The notes beneath the pieces are model-generated. The model did no database searches. It saw nothing but the letters and a program-made list of their open reading frames with translations, and was not told where the DNA came from. From assembly GCA_963827165.1 (NCBI GenBank), contig CAWGZR010000005.1, positions 416,001 through 480,000 of the forward strand: DNA of 64,000 bases, read 5' to 3'. Within the stretch, counting starts at the first letter, position 1. Each line of letters starts with the position of its first letter. The position numbers and the translations under genes were made by a program. Below, in pieces: positions 1 through 9,839 of the stretch. Origin of the DNA: Candidatus Bathyarchaeota archaeon (lineage in GTDB: Archaea > Thermoproteota > Bathyarchaeia > Bathyarchaeales > Bathycorpusculaceae).

Positions 1-1466
1 GTCGTCATAAGCGGCTGGAAAAGTTTGGGTTTTATCTCGTCTGGGATACCAACGCCGGTGTCTGAAACCGTAACAATGATGCTGCTACCCTCGCCGAAGG
101 CTTTGATTGTCAGGTTGCCTCCATCAGGCATCGCCTGGATAGCGTTTGTCACAAGATTCACCAGGATTCGCTTCAGAAATGTATAATCGGCTTTTACTTG
201 CAGATTACCTTCTAATTCTTGAACCGCTTTGATATTGTTTGGAATCATAACTGTTGCAAGCATTTGTGGGATTGCGACGCTCAAGTCGATTTCACCGATT
301 TCAGGTTTGAGTGGCCTTGCGAAGTCTTGTAAATCAGAGATGATTTTGTTGATGTATTCTGCCTGTTCTTGAATTGTGCTAAGGCTTTCTTCGAATTCGG
401 CTTTGTCTTGGCCCTCAGGTAAAGCATCGATGCCTTGCTTCATCAAAAAAAGCTCGCCGGTAATTGATTGCAATGGATTGCGAATGTCATGGCCAATCAT
501 AGCCGCAGTTTGTCCTATAGCAGCTAGACGCTCGGCATTCTGAAGCTGCCTTGTTCGCTCCTCAACAATTTTCTCCAGATTCTTCGCATAACCTTCTAGC
601 TTATCTTCAATTAACTTGCGTTCAGTTATGTCCTGTTCAATTCCAACTATTCTTGAGGGTTTGCCATTCGGACTTATCTCCCTGACGACACGTTCGGAAT
701 GGATGGTTCTTATGGAGCCGTCGGGCCTGACAACGCGGTAATCAAAACTTGCTTTGGAAAGCAGCTTGGCGTTAAACAAGAGTTGCTCCATCTCTTCGTT
801 GATTTTTTCTCGGTCTTCAGGATGAATACGAGCAACATACTCAGCCGTATTGGGTCCATATGTTTGAAGTTTCATCCCGAAAATCCGGAATAATTCGTCG
901 GACCAAATCGCCCTATCTATTTTGGCGTAATACTCCCAACTGCCTACATGAGCGATTCTCTGAGCCATCTTTAATCTGTCTTCGCTTTCTTGAAGCGCTT
1001 CCTGCGTTTTAACGCGTTCAGTTACATCGTCAAAAACGGTTACAGCTGCGATGGGTGTGCCTTCCTTGTCGTAAAGTGGCCGTGCACTCACATTCATTAT
1101 AAAGCGTTTTCCATTTCTCTCGATGATTTCGGGCGCGTTTAGAATTGTCTCTTCTTTAAACAAGGCCCTGTAAGTGTAGAGTTGTTCGTTCGGGCAAATT
1201 TTACCGTCAGCCAAGTAAATCTTGTGTGCAGCGGCGTGCTCAGCTAATTTCAAACCATAAGGGTTCGAGCCAAACAGTTCAATGGCCCTTTTGTTTGCGA
1301 AAGTTATCCTTCCCTCAGGCCTTTCTATTACCATTACAGCTGACGGAATATTTTCCAAAATATCGTGTAGCCGCGCAGCTTCAAAGGGTAAAATGCAGGA
1401 TTCATAGGTAGGGCTTAAAACTTCTCCTCCAACAGGCTCTACCCCATTCTTTGGTTGTACCTTCAT
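1..1466 (-). CDS. PAS-domain sensor histidine kinase (3' end runs off window)
   Basis: Manual translation from ATG 1466: PAS/PAC regions, H-box IGHDIRNPLQ, N-box LVNLVTNAIQA, G1 box VSDTGVGIP; frame open to window edge so absent from ORF track. Confidence 0.9.
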   Translation of the reverse strand, partial: MKVQPKNGVEPVGGEVLSPTYESCILPFEAARLHDILENIPSAVMVIERPEGRITFANKRAIELFGSNPYGLKLAEHAAAHKIYLADGKICPNEQLYTYRALFKEETILNAPEIIERNGKRFIMNVSARPLYDKEGTPIAAVTVFDDVTERVKTQEALQESEDRLKMAQRIAHVGSWEYYAKIDRAIWSDELFRIFGMKLQTYGPNTAEYVARIHPEDREKINEEMEQLLFNAKLLSKASFDYRVVRPDGSIRTIHSERVVREISPNGKPSRIVGIEQDITERKLIEDKLEGYAKNLEKIVEERTRQLQNAERLAAIGQTAAMIGHDIRNPLQSITGELFLMKQGIDALPEGQDKAEFEESLSTIQEQAEYINKIISDLQDFARPLKPEIGEIDLSVAIPQMLATVMIPNNIKAVQELEGNLQVKADYTFLKRILVNLVTNAIQAMPDGGNLTIKAFGEGSSIIVTVSDTGVGIPDEIKPKLFQPLMT

Positions 1467-1755
1467 AATACAGGTCCCGCTAAACCTCACAGGAACCCTA
1501 ATATCGTTGGCAAAACGTATTATCGCTTTATAAGAGTTAAGTCTTTTGGGTTCTAATCCAGGTTGAATATTAGTAACCAAAATGGTACCAAGAAGTCACC
1601 TAAAAAAGCCAATTCTCATTAAAATTAAAAATGAAAAAATGGGCAAGCTGGCGTTTTCATGGAAGGCTAAATAGAAGATTTTTGCCGTACAGAATCCGTA
1701 AAACGATCAATAGCAGATTTCCGATTAGATGCTGTTCAATTCTCATGGGAAAAGG

Positions 1756-3363
1756 TTAGTTTTTGCTAACGGCTCTTTTCAGAGCGGCAAGAACATTTTG
1801 CTTCCCCATGGCAAGTACATACGGACCCAAGCGGGGACCTTGCGGCGCACCCATCAAGATTTGATAGAGTGTTTTGAAGAAGCTACCAGGTTGGACCCCG
1901 TTGTCTTTTGCCGCGTTAAAGATGGCGTTTTGGATTTTGTCCGGGTCATCTTCACATTCGAGCTTTGCGATAAGTTCTAGGACTGCTGCCTTTTCTTCAG
2001 CCTTCAGGGGTACATTGGTTTCCTTGATTTCTTCGAAGTCCCCAATCCAGTTCAAAGCATACTCAATTCGCTGCTTCAAGGCGTTGTCTAAGGCTTGGGT
2101 CTTCTGGAGGTAACCGTAGCTTCGAAGCTTCTCAGACACGTAATCGTCAAGGCAATCTTTAGGCGCCATCTTGACGAGAAATGCCATCAAATTATAAGGC
2201 ACATGAACGCTCGGCTTCGCCGGCGGCTTAGCGACATAGCAGTATTCAAACAGCCCTCTGAGACGCATAGCTTCTTTTTCGCCACCTTGCTTCTTCCCAA
2301 AGTACACGTCTTCTATGTAATCAAGCTCATTCATGTATGCCGGAATATCCGACACATCCAAAGTTCTCGTGCCAACGAACCTCTTTAGCATCAGCAGAAG
2401 CAACGATTGCGGAGAACCATACCGGAACCAAACTTGAGGCGTGAAAACGTTGCCAGCTGACTTTGAGATTTTCTTTCCGCCCTTATCAAGAAACATCTCA
2501 TATCTAGCGTGAGATGGCGGTTCGAAGCAGAGGACTTCACGGCATATCCGATCGTTGATTTTAACGGAGTCAGCAATGTCTTTCCCGAAGGCTTCAAAAC
2601 GAATATCTAACGCTTTCCAGCGGGCTGCAAACTCACCTTTCCAAGTTAGTTTTCCTTCGCCCTTTGTTATGTCTGCTTCACCCTCATGCCCACAGCCTTC
2701 GATGAGTCTGCCGCGTATCTCTAAGCCTTCGCATTTGTAGAGGACTTTGTCAGTTTCCGGTTCGAACTTGTAGGCTTTGGTGGTGTAGATGCGTCCGCAG
2801 TTGCTGCAGACAGGAAAGAATGGCAGGACCTCGGTGTAGCGTTCTTGACCGACTTCTTCTTTGACGATTTCGCCGGCTTTCTTAGCGTTAAGCAGGATAG
2901 TTCTGATTTCGCTGAGGAGCAGCCCCTTCTCGTATACGTCCTTCGCGGAGAAATAACGGTAATCAATCCCACATTTGTCTAGAGATTCAAGAAGAAGTGA
3001 GCTCATATGTTTGCCGTAGCTTTCGTGACAGCCGAACGGGTCGGGAATGCTGGACACTGGATAACCCAGATACTTCTCTAGATCTTTTGATAAGCCAACC
3101 GGAACCTTGCGCAAACCGTCTTTGTCGTCGCAGTAAGCGATTAACTCGGATTTGAAGCCTAAGTTCTCGAGGGCAAGCGTGACGGTGTAGGAACGTGCGG
3201 CATCACCTAAGCTGCCGATGTGAGGGAATCCCGAGGCGCCAAGACCCATCTCGGTGCGGAGCTTAGACATGTCTCTGCCCAGTTCTTTTTCGCGGTAGAT
3301 TACCTTCTTGGCCATCATGTCATACCATGTGCCGCGCCCGATAAGATCTTCAGTCATAACCAT
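1756..3363 (-). CDS. lysS: Class I lysyl-tRNA synthetase
   Basis: ASGFPHIGS (HIGH-like), KISKS, PQGPRLG motifs; 535 aa. Confidence 0.95.
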   Translation of the reverse strand: MVMTEDLIGRGTWYDMMAKKVIYREKELGRDMSKLRTEMGLGASGFPHIGSLGDAARSYTVTLALENLGFKSELIAYCDDKDGLRKVPVGLSKDLEKYLGYPVSSIPDPFGCHESYGKHMSSLLLESLDKCGIDYRYFSAKDVYEKGLLLSEIRTILLNAKKAGEIVKEEVGQERYTEVLPFFPVCSNCGRIYTTKAYKFEPETDKVLYKCEGLEIRGRLIEGCGHEGEADITKGEGKLTWKGEFAARWKALDIRFEAFGKDIADSVKINDRICREVLCFEPPSHARYEMFLDKGGKKISKSAGNVFTPQVWFRYGSPQSLLLLMLKRFVGTRTLDVSDIPAYMNELDYIEDVYFGKKQGGEKEAMRLRGLFEYCYVAKPPAKPSVHVPYNLMAFLVKMAPKDCLDDYVSEKLRSYGYLQKTQALDNALKQRIEYALNWIGDFEEIKETNVPLKAEEKAAVLELIAKLECEDDPDKIQNAIFNAAKDNGVQPGSFFKTLYQILMGAPQGPRLGPYVLAMGKQNVLAALKRAVSKN

Positions 3364-3423
3364 GAGCCTTCTGCCAATTCACTGCACAAAGACATAGAAA
3401 AATGTTTAGAGCAGCAAAAAGGC

Positions 3424-3771
3424 TCAAGGGGTCTTTTTTCGCATAGCTGAAGCGATGGCTATGCCACCTAGAGCAAGCAGCAGAAGTGCTACCGTGTAGA
3501 TCCAGCTGTAACTCCAAAGGAACCAGGCACCGCCTAAAGCCATGAGCAGAACACCCATTTGAACAGTGCTGTAAGGGGAGCGCGCGTACTTCTGCGGACT
3601 TTGAGCTCTCATGGCTGCCAGAACCAGAATCCAGACTCCGAACAAAATCAAGATTAGCTGGAAAATGTGCCCCCAGTCATGAGTTACGTTTGTCGGATAA
3701 AGCAGTATGGCGACAACTACTATTATTAGGAAAACACCGATTGTTAGCAGTTGCCGTCTACTTTCAGACAT
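3424..3771 (-). CDS. Small 4-TM membrane protein
   Basis: Four hydrophobic segments; start taken at MSESRR (3771) to avoid overlap with upstream gene. Confidence 0.75.
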   Translation of the reverse strand: MSESRRQLLTIGVFLIIVVVAILLYPTNVTHDWGHIFQLILILFGVWILVLAAMRAQSPQKYARSPYSTVQMGVLLMALGGAWFLWSYSWIYTVALLLLALGGIAIASAMRKKTP

Positions 3772-3782
3772 TGCTTCGCATC

Positions 3783-4775
3783 CTACGAGAGTGTTGCTCC
3801 GCACTCGGGGCAAAATTTGGAGCCTGCTGGGATCGAGTGGCCGCATTTGGGACAGTTGATTGTGGCTTGCGATGGAGGAGTAAGTGAGGTTCCGCATTCG
3901 GGGCAGAATTTTGATGTTGCTGGAACGTGTGCGCCGCATTTAGGGCATATGACGAGAGCTGCGGTAGGTGCTTGTGCCTGAACCTGCCCGGCTGAATTCA
4001 TGATTTGCGGTATGAGAACCATCCCCGTTCCTAAGCCTGCTCCGCCTCCGCCGCCCCCTTGACCGAGCGACGCAGCGGCGCTTTTCACCGTTTCCATTCG
4101 CAAGACTGTGTCAGCGGGGGTACTTCCTGTTTTGAGCCAGAATAAGCGTTCACGGTACTCGGGCGTGGTGTCGATACCTTCGAATCTGAGATCAGTTAGT
4201 TCGATTCCTAAACGTTTGAAGTAGTCAGAGACGGAGGTTTTGACAATCAGTGATGTTTCCTGCAGCCTCGTGAAGACAGTGACCAAGTCGTAGTGGGAAA
4301 TTTCAGCGATTATCTTTTCGTTCAGGAAGCCTCGGAGGAAGTTGTTGACTCCTTCAGTATCGAAGACGTTTTGTCCGCCTACAACCTCGTTGACAAACAG
4401 TGTGGCATCCTCTATCTTGAAGAGGAATTGCCCAAACACTTTGAGCGGAGCCAACTCCGTTGTTTGAGCACTTGTGCCCCATTTACCATTGAAAACTTTA
4501 GTGGCGATGTAGAGCACCATTGCCTTGAACGGTTTGTTACTGCCGAATCCAGCCAGATGTGTTAGCACACTTGTAAGTAGAGGCAAATTAAGTGTTGTTA
4601 GTGTGTGTCTTCCAGCGCCGAAAACGTCGTAGGCTTTGCCGTCTCTGAAGAACACGGCCATTTCATATTCATGAACAATGAGTTGGGCACCCCAAGTTAT
4701 GTCCTCGTTTGGGTACCTCCAGATTATTTCGTCAGAATTCGCGTTTGAACTTGCCCATTCTATTACTTGTGGCAT
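3783..4775 (-). CDS. SPFH/band-7-like (YdjI-type) protein with C-terminal double zinc ribbon
   Basis: GAQLIVHE..AVFFRDGK...GRHTLTT motif; CPKCG/FCPECG repeats. Confidence 0.85.
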   Translation of the reverse strand: MPQVIEWASSNANSDEIIWRYPNEDITWGAQLIVHEYEMAVFFRDGKAYDVFGAGRHTLTTLNLPLLTSVLTHLAGFGSNKPFKAMVLYIATKVFNGKWGTSAQTTELAPLKVFGQFLFKIEDATLFVNEVVGGQNVFDTEGVNNFLRGFLNEKIIAEISHYDLVTVFTRLQETSLIVKTSVSDYFKRLGIELTDLRFEGIDTTPEYRERLFWLKTGSTPADTVLRMETVKSAAASLGQGGGGGGAGLGTGMVLIPQIMNSAGQVQAQAPTAALVICPKCGAHVPATSKFCPECGTSLTPPSQATINCPKCGHSIPAGSKFCPECGATLS

Positions 4776-4777
4776 TT

Positions 4778-5320
4778 TTAGCTCACTCCCATGATTACTT
4801 CGTTACGTTGATCGAATGTGTTCTCTAAACTTTCAAGTTTGTCAGTTACGCTTTCAACCCGGGTTTTCAGGTTCGCCGTTGCACCGCTGGATAGATCAGC
4901 TTTGAAAGCGTCAATTTCCGCAGTTAGTGCGGTTATGCTATCCAGAAGCTTATTGTCAAAAGCTATCATGCTGTCAAGGTTGCCTTCCTTCACTTTTACA
5001 GCATCAAAAAAGCCGCTGTACCCATAAGAGGCGTGATTAATTTTTTCGACAACACGATCCATCTTGGCCACTAGTCGATCCATGTCTGTTAAGACATCGA
5101 AATAGCGGCGGTCAGCCAGCTTCTGCTCAATGTCCCTCAGATCGGTCTTTTCAATGTTTAGTTTCATATACAAGTGATTCCTGATTAGCTTGTCGCTTTC
5201 CCGACGCATTTCTTTCTCTTTGTAGCCACGGAATCCTGGAACAAAAGCGGCTATGCGCTCGGGAAGGCCCATTTGACCTTGAACCTTAGATAATACATCA
5301 CTATTATCGCTCATTTTCAT
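4778..5320 (-). CDS. Conserved helical hypothetical protein, operonic with SPFH gene
   Basis: 180-aa ORF, PGFRGYKEKEMRRESDK motif, 2-bp gap to next gene. Confidence 0.8.
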   Translation of the reverse strand: MKMSDNSDVLSKVQGQMGLPERIAAFVPGFRGYKEKEMRRESDKLIRNHLYMKLNIEKTDLRDIEQKLADRRYFDVLTDMDRLVAKMDRVVEKINHASYGYSGFFDAVKVKEGNLDSMIAFDNKLLDSITALTAEIDAFKADLSSGATANLKTRVESVTDKLESLENTFDQRNEVIMGVS

Positions 5321-5427
5321 ATCCCAGCCTATTTTATTATTGGTTCATAATATAGGGTCGCTTTTAAAGTTTCTCAGAAAATCAAAGATGGAAGTATTTT
5401 GCCGGAAAGGGACATTTTAGGGTTGTT

Positions 5428-6807
5428 CTACCCTAAATGTTCACGTTTCAGAATTTCCCGCGCCACAATCACACCTGAAGCCGAAGCCTGAATTAACCCG
5501 CGTGTGACACCTGCGCCGTCGCCAATGGTGAACATGTTTTGTATTTTGCTTTCTAAAGCGTTGTTGAGTTGTAGATGGGAAGAGTAGAACTTGACCTCTA
5601 TGCCGTAAAGCAAAGTGTCCCGTGAATGGATGCCAGGCGCTATGACGTCAAGGGCTTGGAGCATCTCGCGAATGTCTACCAAGTAGCGGTAAGGTAAGAC
5701 AAAGCTAAGGTCGCCTGGAGTCGCATTTTTCAACGTTGGGGTAACGACGCTTCGGGCTAAGCGTTCAGGTGTCGAGCGGCGTCCAACAGCCAAATCGCCT
5801 AGACGCTGAACCATCACACCTCCGCTTAAGAGGTTTGAAAGTCGAGCGACGTATTTGCCGTAGGCTATGGGTTCTTTGAAGGGCTCGGTGAATGAGGTGC
5901 TGACGAGGATAGCGAAGTTGGTGTTATCGGTTTTTCGCTCCGCGTAACTCCCGCCGTTGACAGTTAAGACGCCGTCATATGATTCTGTGGTGACTTCCCC
6001 GTACGGTGAAACGCAGAAAGTGCGAACTTGGTCATCGAATTGTCGCGAATAATAAACAAGTTTTGGTTCGTAAAGAGTCTTTGTCAGATTCTCCATAACA
6101 GAAGCTAAAACCTCGACACGTACACCGATGTCGACTGGGTTGTTTACAGTTTTTAGTCCGCGGACCTGAGCCTCGGTTTGAAGCCATTCAGCGCCGCTTC
6201 TTCCAGGGGCAATTATTACGTATTTGCCGAAGATTTTTTCGCCTTCAACTGTTTCCACGCCTTGTATCAGGTGGTTCTCAGTGATGAGCGCTTTAACATC
6301 TGTTTTCGGGCGAAAAGTTATTTTTCCGTTGAGTTCTTTGCGCATCCGATGCAGGGTTTCATTGCATTTGTCAGTGCCCATGTGACGGACTTCTTGCTTG
6401 ATAAGTTTTAATCCTGCCAGTGAAGCCTGACGTTCTATTTCATCTACTTTTTCGCTGTCGCCGCCGTAAACTTTCTCGCTGGCTCCAAATTTGAGGTAGA
6501 TGCTGTCGACGTGTTTGACCAGCGATTGAAGCTCCTTGGTTGAAACATACTGGTTTAGCCAACCGCCAACTTCCGTTGATAACGTGAGTTTTCCGTCACT
6601 GTAGGCACCCGCTCCGCCCCATCCTGAAAGAACCGAGCATGGTTCACAATGCACGCATTCGAAGCCGCGGCTTGATGGGCACTTGCGTTTGTCAATATCG
6701 GGTCCCCTGTCAATCATGAGGACATTCAAGTTTGTTTTTTCGGTTAATTCCAGCGCCGAAAAGATACCTGCTGGACCCGCGCCCACAATTATAACGTCAT
6801 ATTTCAT
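5428..6807 (-). CDS. FAD-dependent oxidoreductase (uncharacterised NAD(P)/FAD dehydrogenase family)
   Basis: GAGPAG Rossmann motif, GWGGAGAYSDGKL, GDGAGVTRG; GGAG SD before ATG 6807. Confidence 0.88.
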   Translation of the reverse strand: MKYDVIIVGAGPAGIFSALELTEKTNLNVLMIDRGPDIDKRKCPSSRGFECVHCEPCSVLSGWGGAGAYSDGKLTLSTEVGGWLNQYVSTKELQSLVKHVDSIYLKFGASEKVYGGDSEKVDEIERQASLAGLKLIKQEVRHMGTDKCNETLHRMRKELNGKITFRPKTDVKALITENHLIQGVETVEGEKIFGKYVIIAPGRSGAEWLQTEAQVRGLKTVNNPVDIGVRVEVLASVMENLTKTLYEPKLVYYSRQFDDQVRTFCVSPYGEVTTESYDGVLTVNGGSYAERKTDNTNFAILVSTSFTEPFKEPIAYGKYVARLSNLLSGGVMVQRLGDLAVGRRSTPERLARSVVTPTLKNATPGDLSFVLPYRYLVDIREMLQALDVIAPGIHSRDTLLYGIEVKFYSSHLQLNNALESKIQNMFTIGDGAGVTRGLIQASASGVIVAREILKREHLG

Positions 6808-6849
6808 GCCCACTCCTCCCATGGAACCCTGAAGTACATGTAACAAGTA

Positions 6850-6931
6850 AGATATATCTGTTAGCAAAAAACCGCAGAATCCAAAAATTGACGGTTTTTT
6901 CCTATGAATAGGCTCTTTTCAGGATATATCT
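6850..6931. promoter_or_regulatory. Two GATATATC palindromes in divergent promoter (candidate PadR operator)
   Basis: AGATATATCT at 6850-6859 and GGATATATCT at 6922-6931. Confidence 0.4.
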
Positions 6932-6978
6932 AAAAAACATTTATTATAGCAAAACAACGATTATGAATTAGCGAAAAA

Positions 6979-7452
6979 ATGTCCACCGACAACCAATCTG
7001 GAAACAATTTTGACGAGTTAATCAGCGACTTCTCACGCTTCTACATACTCACCATACTCTATGAGGGTCCAGTTCATGGCTACAGCATCATCAGCCGATT
7101 CAAGAAAAGAGTCAAAAAAGACGTTAGCCCAAGCTTAGTTTACCCCTTTCTTCAACAACTGGAAGAAAAAAGTTTAGTCACGCACACAGTAAAGGCGGTT
7201 GGTGAGAAGGAAAGAAAGATTTTTGAGCTAACGCAAACGGGAAGAGAACTGTGCACAGAACTTTTCAAACGTTTTGCCGACCTGATATCAATCGCAATTG
7301 AACCAAGCCTATATGTTTGCGCCCACTGTGGATGCAAAGTCTACGAAGGGGGCTATCGAGAAGTCATAGATTGCAAAGAAACAGCGTTTTGCTGCATCCA
7401 CTGCGCCAGATCGTACAAAGAAGCAAAGAAACTCGCGAAGCAAAGAAGCTAA
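6979..7452 (+). CDS. PadR-family regulator with C-terminal TRASH-like metal-binding domain
   Basis: PadR wHTH (HGYSII...SLVYPFLQQLE); CAHC...FCCIHC. Confidence 0.88.
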   Translation: MSTDNQSGNNFDELISDFSRFYILTILYEGPVHGYSIISRFKKRVKKDVSPSLVYPFLQQLEEKSLVTHTVKAVGEKERKIFELTQTGRELCTELFKRFADLISIAIEPSLYVCAHCGCKVYEGGYREVIDCKETAFCCIHCARSYKEAKKLAKQRS

Positions 7453-7662
7453 ATGAGAAAGCAGACAGAAGAAACCAACAGCACAATTTCAAGAGAGACA
7501 CCACAATAGACAGACTACCGAAAGCCGAAAAGCTAAACTCAAAAAATCATACGTGCGGTGGAGTAATCAGATAATATTACAGAGTTGAATCGGACCATTC
7601 TAAAATCAGTCAAAAGAAAAGATGAAAGAGTTTTAAAAAATAATTGAAGTTTTAGCGAAACC

Positions 7663-7893
7663 TTATTCGCCCCAATCTTCGCCTTCAATAGTTAACTCTT
7701 GAAGTTCTACGCATCCACCTCCAACACCTATTTTTTTGACTTCTAGTTCGAGTCCACAGCCTGGACAGCTAAGGATTTCTCCTTTCTCGATGTCGCAGGG
7801 AACATAAAGTTCCGATTCGCAGTCTGGACACGTGGCTTTGTTACCTTTACTTTGAGGAAATGAGTTTAGAGGATTTATCATTATTTTTTTCAC
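7663..7893 (-). CDS. lysW: LysW/ArgW amino-group carrier protein
   Basis: CPDC...CPGC zinc ribbon and diagnostic C-terminal EDWGE. Confidence 0.9.
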   Translation of the reverse strand: MKKIMINPLNSFPQSKGNKATCPDCESELYVPCDIEKGEILSCPGCGLELEVKKIGVGGGCVELQELTIEGEDWGE

Positions 7894-8080
7894 TTTTTTT
7901 ATTACTTTTTGAAAGCTGCGGAGAACTATTAAGTATTGTGACTTTCTTGTTACAAATTAGTACATTTCTGTTCTATTTGGGACAAAAGCGCTAACTGCCT
8001 CTGAGAAAGCTGTTGCGACAAGATGATACATCATATACTAATATCGTGGGCGTCAAAACTTAAAGTAAGGCTGTTACCAA

Positions 8081-8206
8081 GTGGCTGAATGTCCTTATTG
8101 TCATAATGAAGTCTTAAAACATCAAGCTATATTACGAAATAGCTTCTTTACAATCGAAACCTACACATGTGATAAATGCGGAAGAAGATTCACAATAACA
8201 AAGTAA
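8081..8206 (+). CDS. 41-aa zinc-ribbon microprotein
   Basis: Manual translation MAECPYCHNEVLKHQAILRNSFFTIETYTCDKCGRRFTITK; two CxxC pairs; below ORF-track cutoff. Confidence 0.65.
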   Translation: MAECPYCHNEVLKHQAILRNSFFTIETYTCDKCGRRFTITK

Positions 8207-8441
8207 TTCCTTTCTTCTGAAAGATGAGCGTCTGACAATTTGAACCATGGTTAACCTGAGATGTTTTTAAATTTTATAATTTTTTTATTTTTACTCAGCT
8301 TTCCCCTGAGTTGAAAAGTCGTTTCAACCGATAGAAAGACTTAAAGAAACAAGCCAACATTACGGATGCAGAGCGGAAGAACTTGGAAAAACACAGCGAA
8401 GATTTATTTACTTTTACCTTTTTGGGTTTTGGTGAAAATAT

Positions 8442-8615
8442 ATGAAAGATTTTAAGTGTCCAATATGCGGTGGATCAACTGAAGAGGTTTGGGAAAATGA
8501 AACTAAAACAAGATACGGAATGAGATGTAAGGAAGGTCATAAAAGCACCAGTAATAAATCAGGTGGTCCTCAAGAATACCCTGTGTTTCTTGTTTCAAGT
8601 GAAGAACTTGAATAG
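8442..8615 (+). CDS. 57-aa CPxCG zinc-finger microprotein
   Basis: MKDFKCPICGG...CKEGH...; GGTGA SD at 8431-8435. Confidence 0.65.
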   Translation: MKDFKCPICGGSTEEVWENETKTRYGMRCKEGHKSTSNKSGGPQEYPVFLVSSEELE

Positions 8616-8758
8616 TTGGTTACTTGTGAGAAATCACCTGTAACTTACACCAGCGGCTTTAATCCGTGCAACAATCATTCTTTCAAATATTTCCTTAGCA
8701 ACAAAAAAGAACTTTACTAAATAAGAATATATTTTCCGCCCTCTTTCTTTATCAAAAT

Positions 8759-8872
8759 CTATCGCCTATGAAATTTACGATTATGACGATTACTTTTAAC
8801 GTAGGCGTTTTTAGGTTTAGGTTTATTTTCTTCATTGGGTTTAATTTTGTTTTCTTCATTTTGGTTACTCAA
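8759..8872 (-). CDS. 37-aa microprotein with basic C-terminus
   Basis: TTG start after GAGGTCGGAG SD-like sequence; MSNQNEENKIKPNEENKPKPKNAYVKSNRHNRKFHRR. Confidence 0.4.
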   Translation of the reverse strand: MSNQNEENKIKPNEENKPKPKNAYVKSNRHNRKFHRR

Positions 8873-9145
8873 TTTACTCCGACCTCAAACTATTGTTAAA
8901 CGTTCGATACGATTACTGCGGCCATTCAGAAGTTAGAGACTTATTTATGGATTTAAGGCTATAAGAAAATAGCCAATTTAGGGAACGGGCGGATACTTTT
9001 TAAACTTTTGTCTTTTTGAAATTGCGTTTTCTAGCAACTTTTTCGCACATTCTAAGGGCAATCAAAAGTTAAGCAGTTCGCGTTAATTTTTTTCAGTTAA
9101 TTACTCAGAAAACCATTCGCGCCTAAATCTCGCCAAATAGTCGAC

Positions 9146-9403
9146 TTAATATTGCTTTTCAACCCCAAAAGACTTTGCAGTCGGCAGGGCTTGCTTAGAA
9201 ATTATGAATCTGCCCAATTCCAGCTGCAGTTTAAGGTTGTTTTCGGCGCCATAATCTGCTAAAAGTTCGTATGAGTCCTTGTCGAGCGTGCTTTTTTCAA
9301 CAGTTAAGACAAGGCCAACTTCGGGCAAATCCTCCATGCTTGCCTCAATATTGCAACACTCTTTTATCTGGCGTTTAATTTTCATCGCTTCGGACATATT
9401 CAT
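9146..9403 (-). CDS. Hypothetical protein
   Basis: 85-aa ORF with globular composition. Confidence 0.6.
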   Translation of the reverse strand: MNMSEAMKIKRQIKECCNIEASMEDLPEVGLVLTVEKSTLDKDSYELLADYGAENNLKLQLELGRFIISKQALPTAKSFGVEKQY

Positions 9404-9536
9404 TTTAGTTCTTGCATATAATAGTCTAAGGTTAATTGAATCTTGCCATTTTATTGATTTAAAGTAAATTGTGTTGGCAACCTGTGAATCTGCAGCTTCG
9501 GCATTTCTTAGCTTGTTATGATTAGCAAAATTTAGG

Positions 9537-9832
9537 TTACCCTTGGATAACGATTATTTGATTAACATGTCGTCGGGCTTTTTTGTTTTTGGTCTTTAAG
9601 TGCTTGCCGAGTGATTCGGCAGTGTAGCCTTCGAAACTTGGCAGGTTTGCCGCCGCGGAATAAAGAAGCATTAAGTATTTTTCGGTGTCAGGTTCTATGC
9701 CGTTCTCGATAAGCTGAGCCGCTATTACTCTGCGTCCATGCTTCTTGTGTTTTGAGTGTGTGAATAGGAATTTTTACAGGTTCCCGCGTGCACTTCTGAG
9801 CCTTCCTTGATTAACTGCTTGGCAGTGATGAC
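9537..9832 (-). pseudogene. C-terminal fragment of family B DNA polymerase (PolB2-like), frameshifted
   Basis: VITAKQLIKEGSEVHAG / frameshift near 9775 / KFLFTHSKHKKHGRRVIAAQLIENGIEPDTEKYLMLLYSAAANL; no start codon. Confidence 0.6.
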
Positions 9833-9839
9833 CCGAGGA

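Noticed and set aside
3772-3939. N-terminal 56 aa of ORF 3424-3939
   Set aside because: Overlaps the SPFH gene in another frame; ATG 3771 is the more plausible start
8216-8262. Possible C/D box sRNA (AGATGA...CTGA...CTGA)
   Set aside because: C box is degenerate and only 4 nt separate it from the first CTGA, too short for a guide
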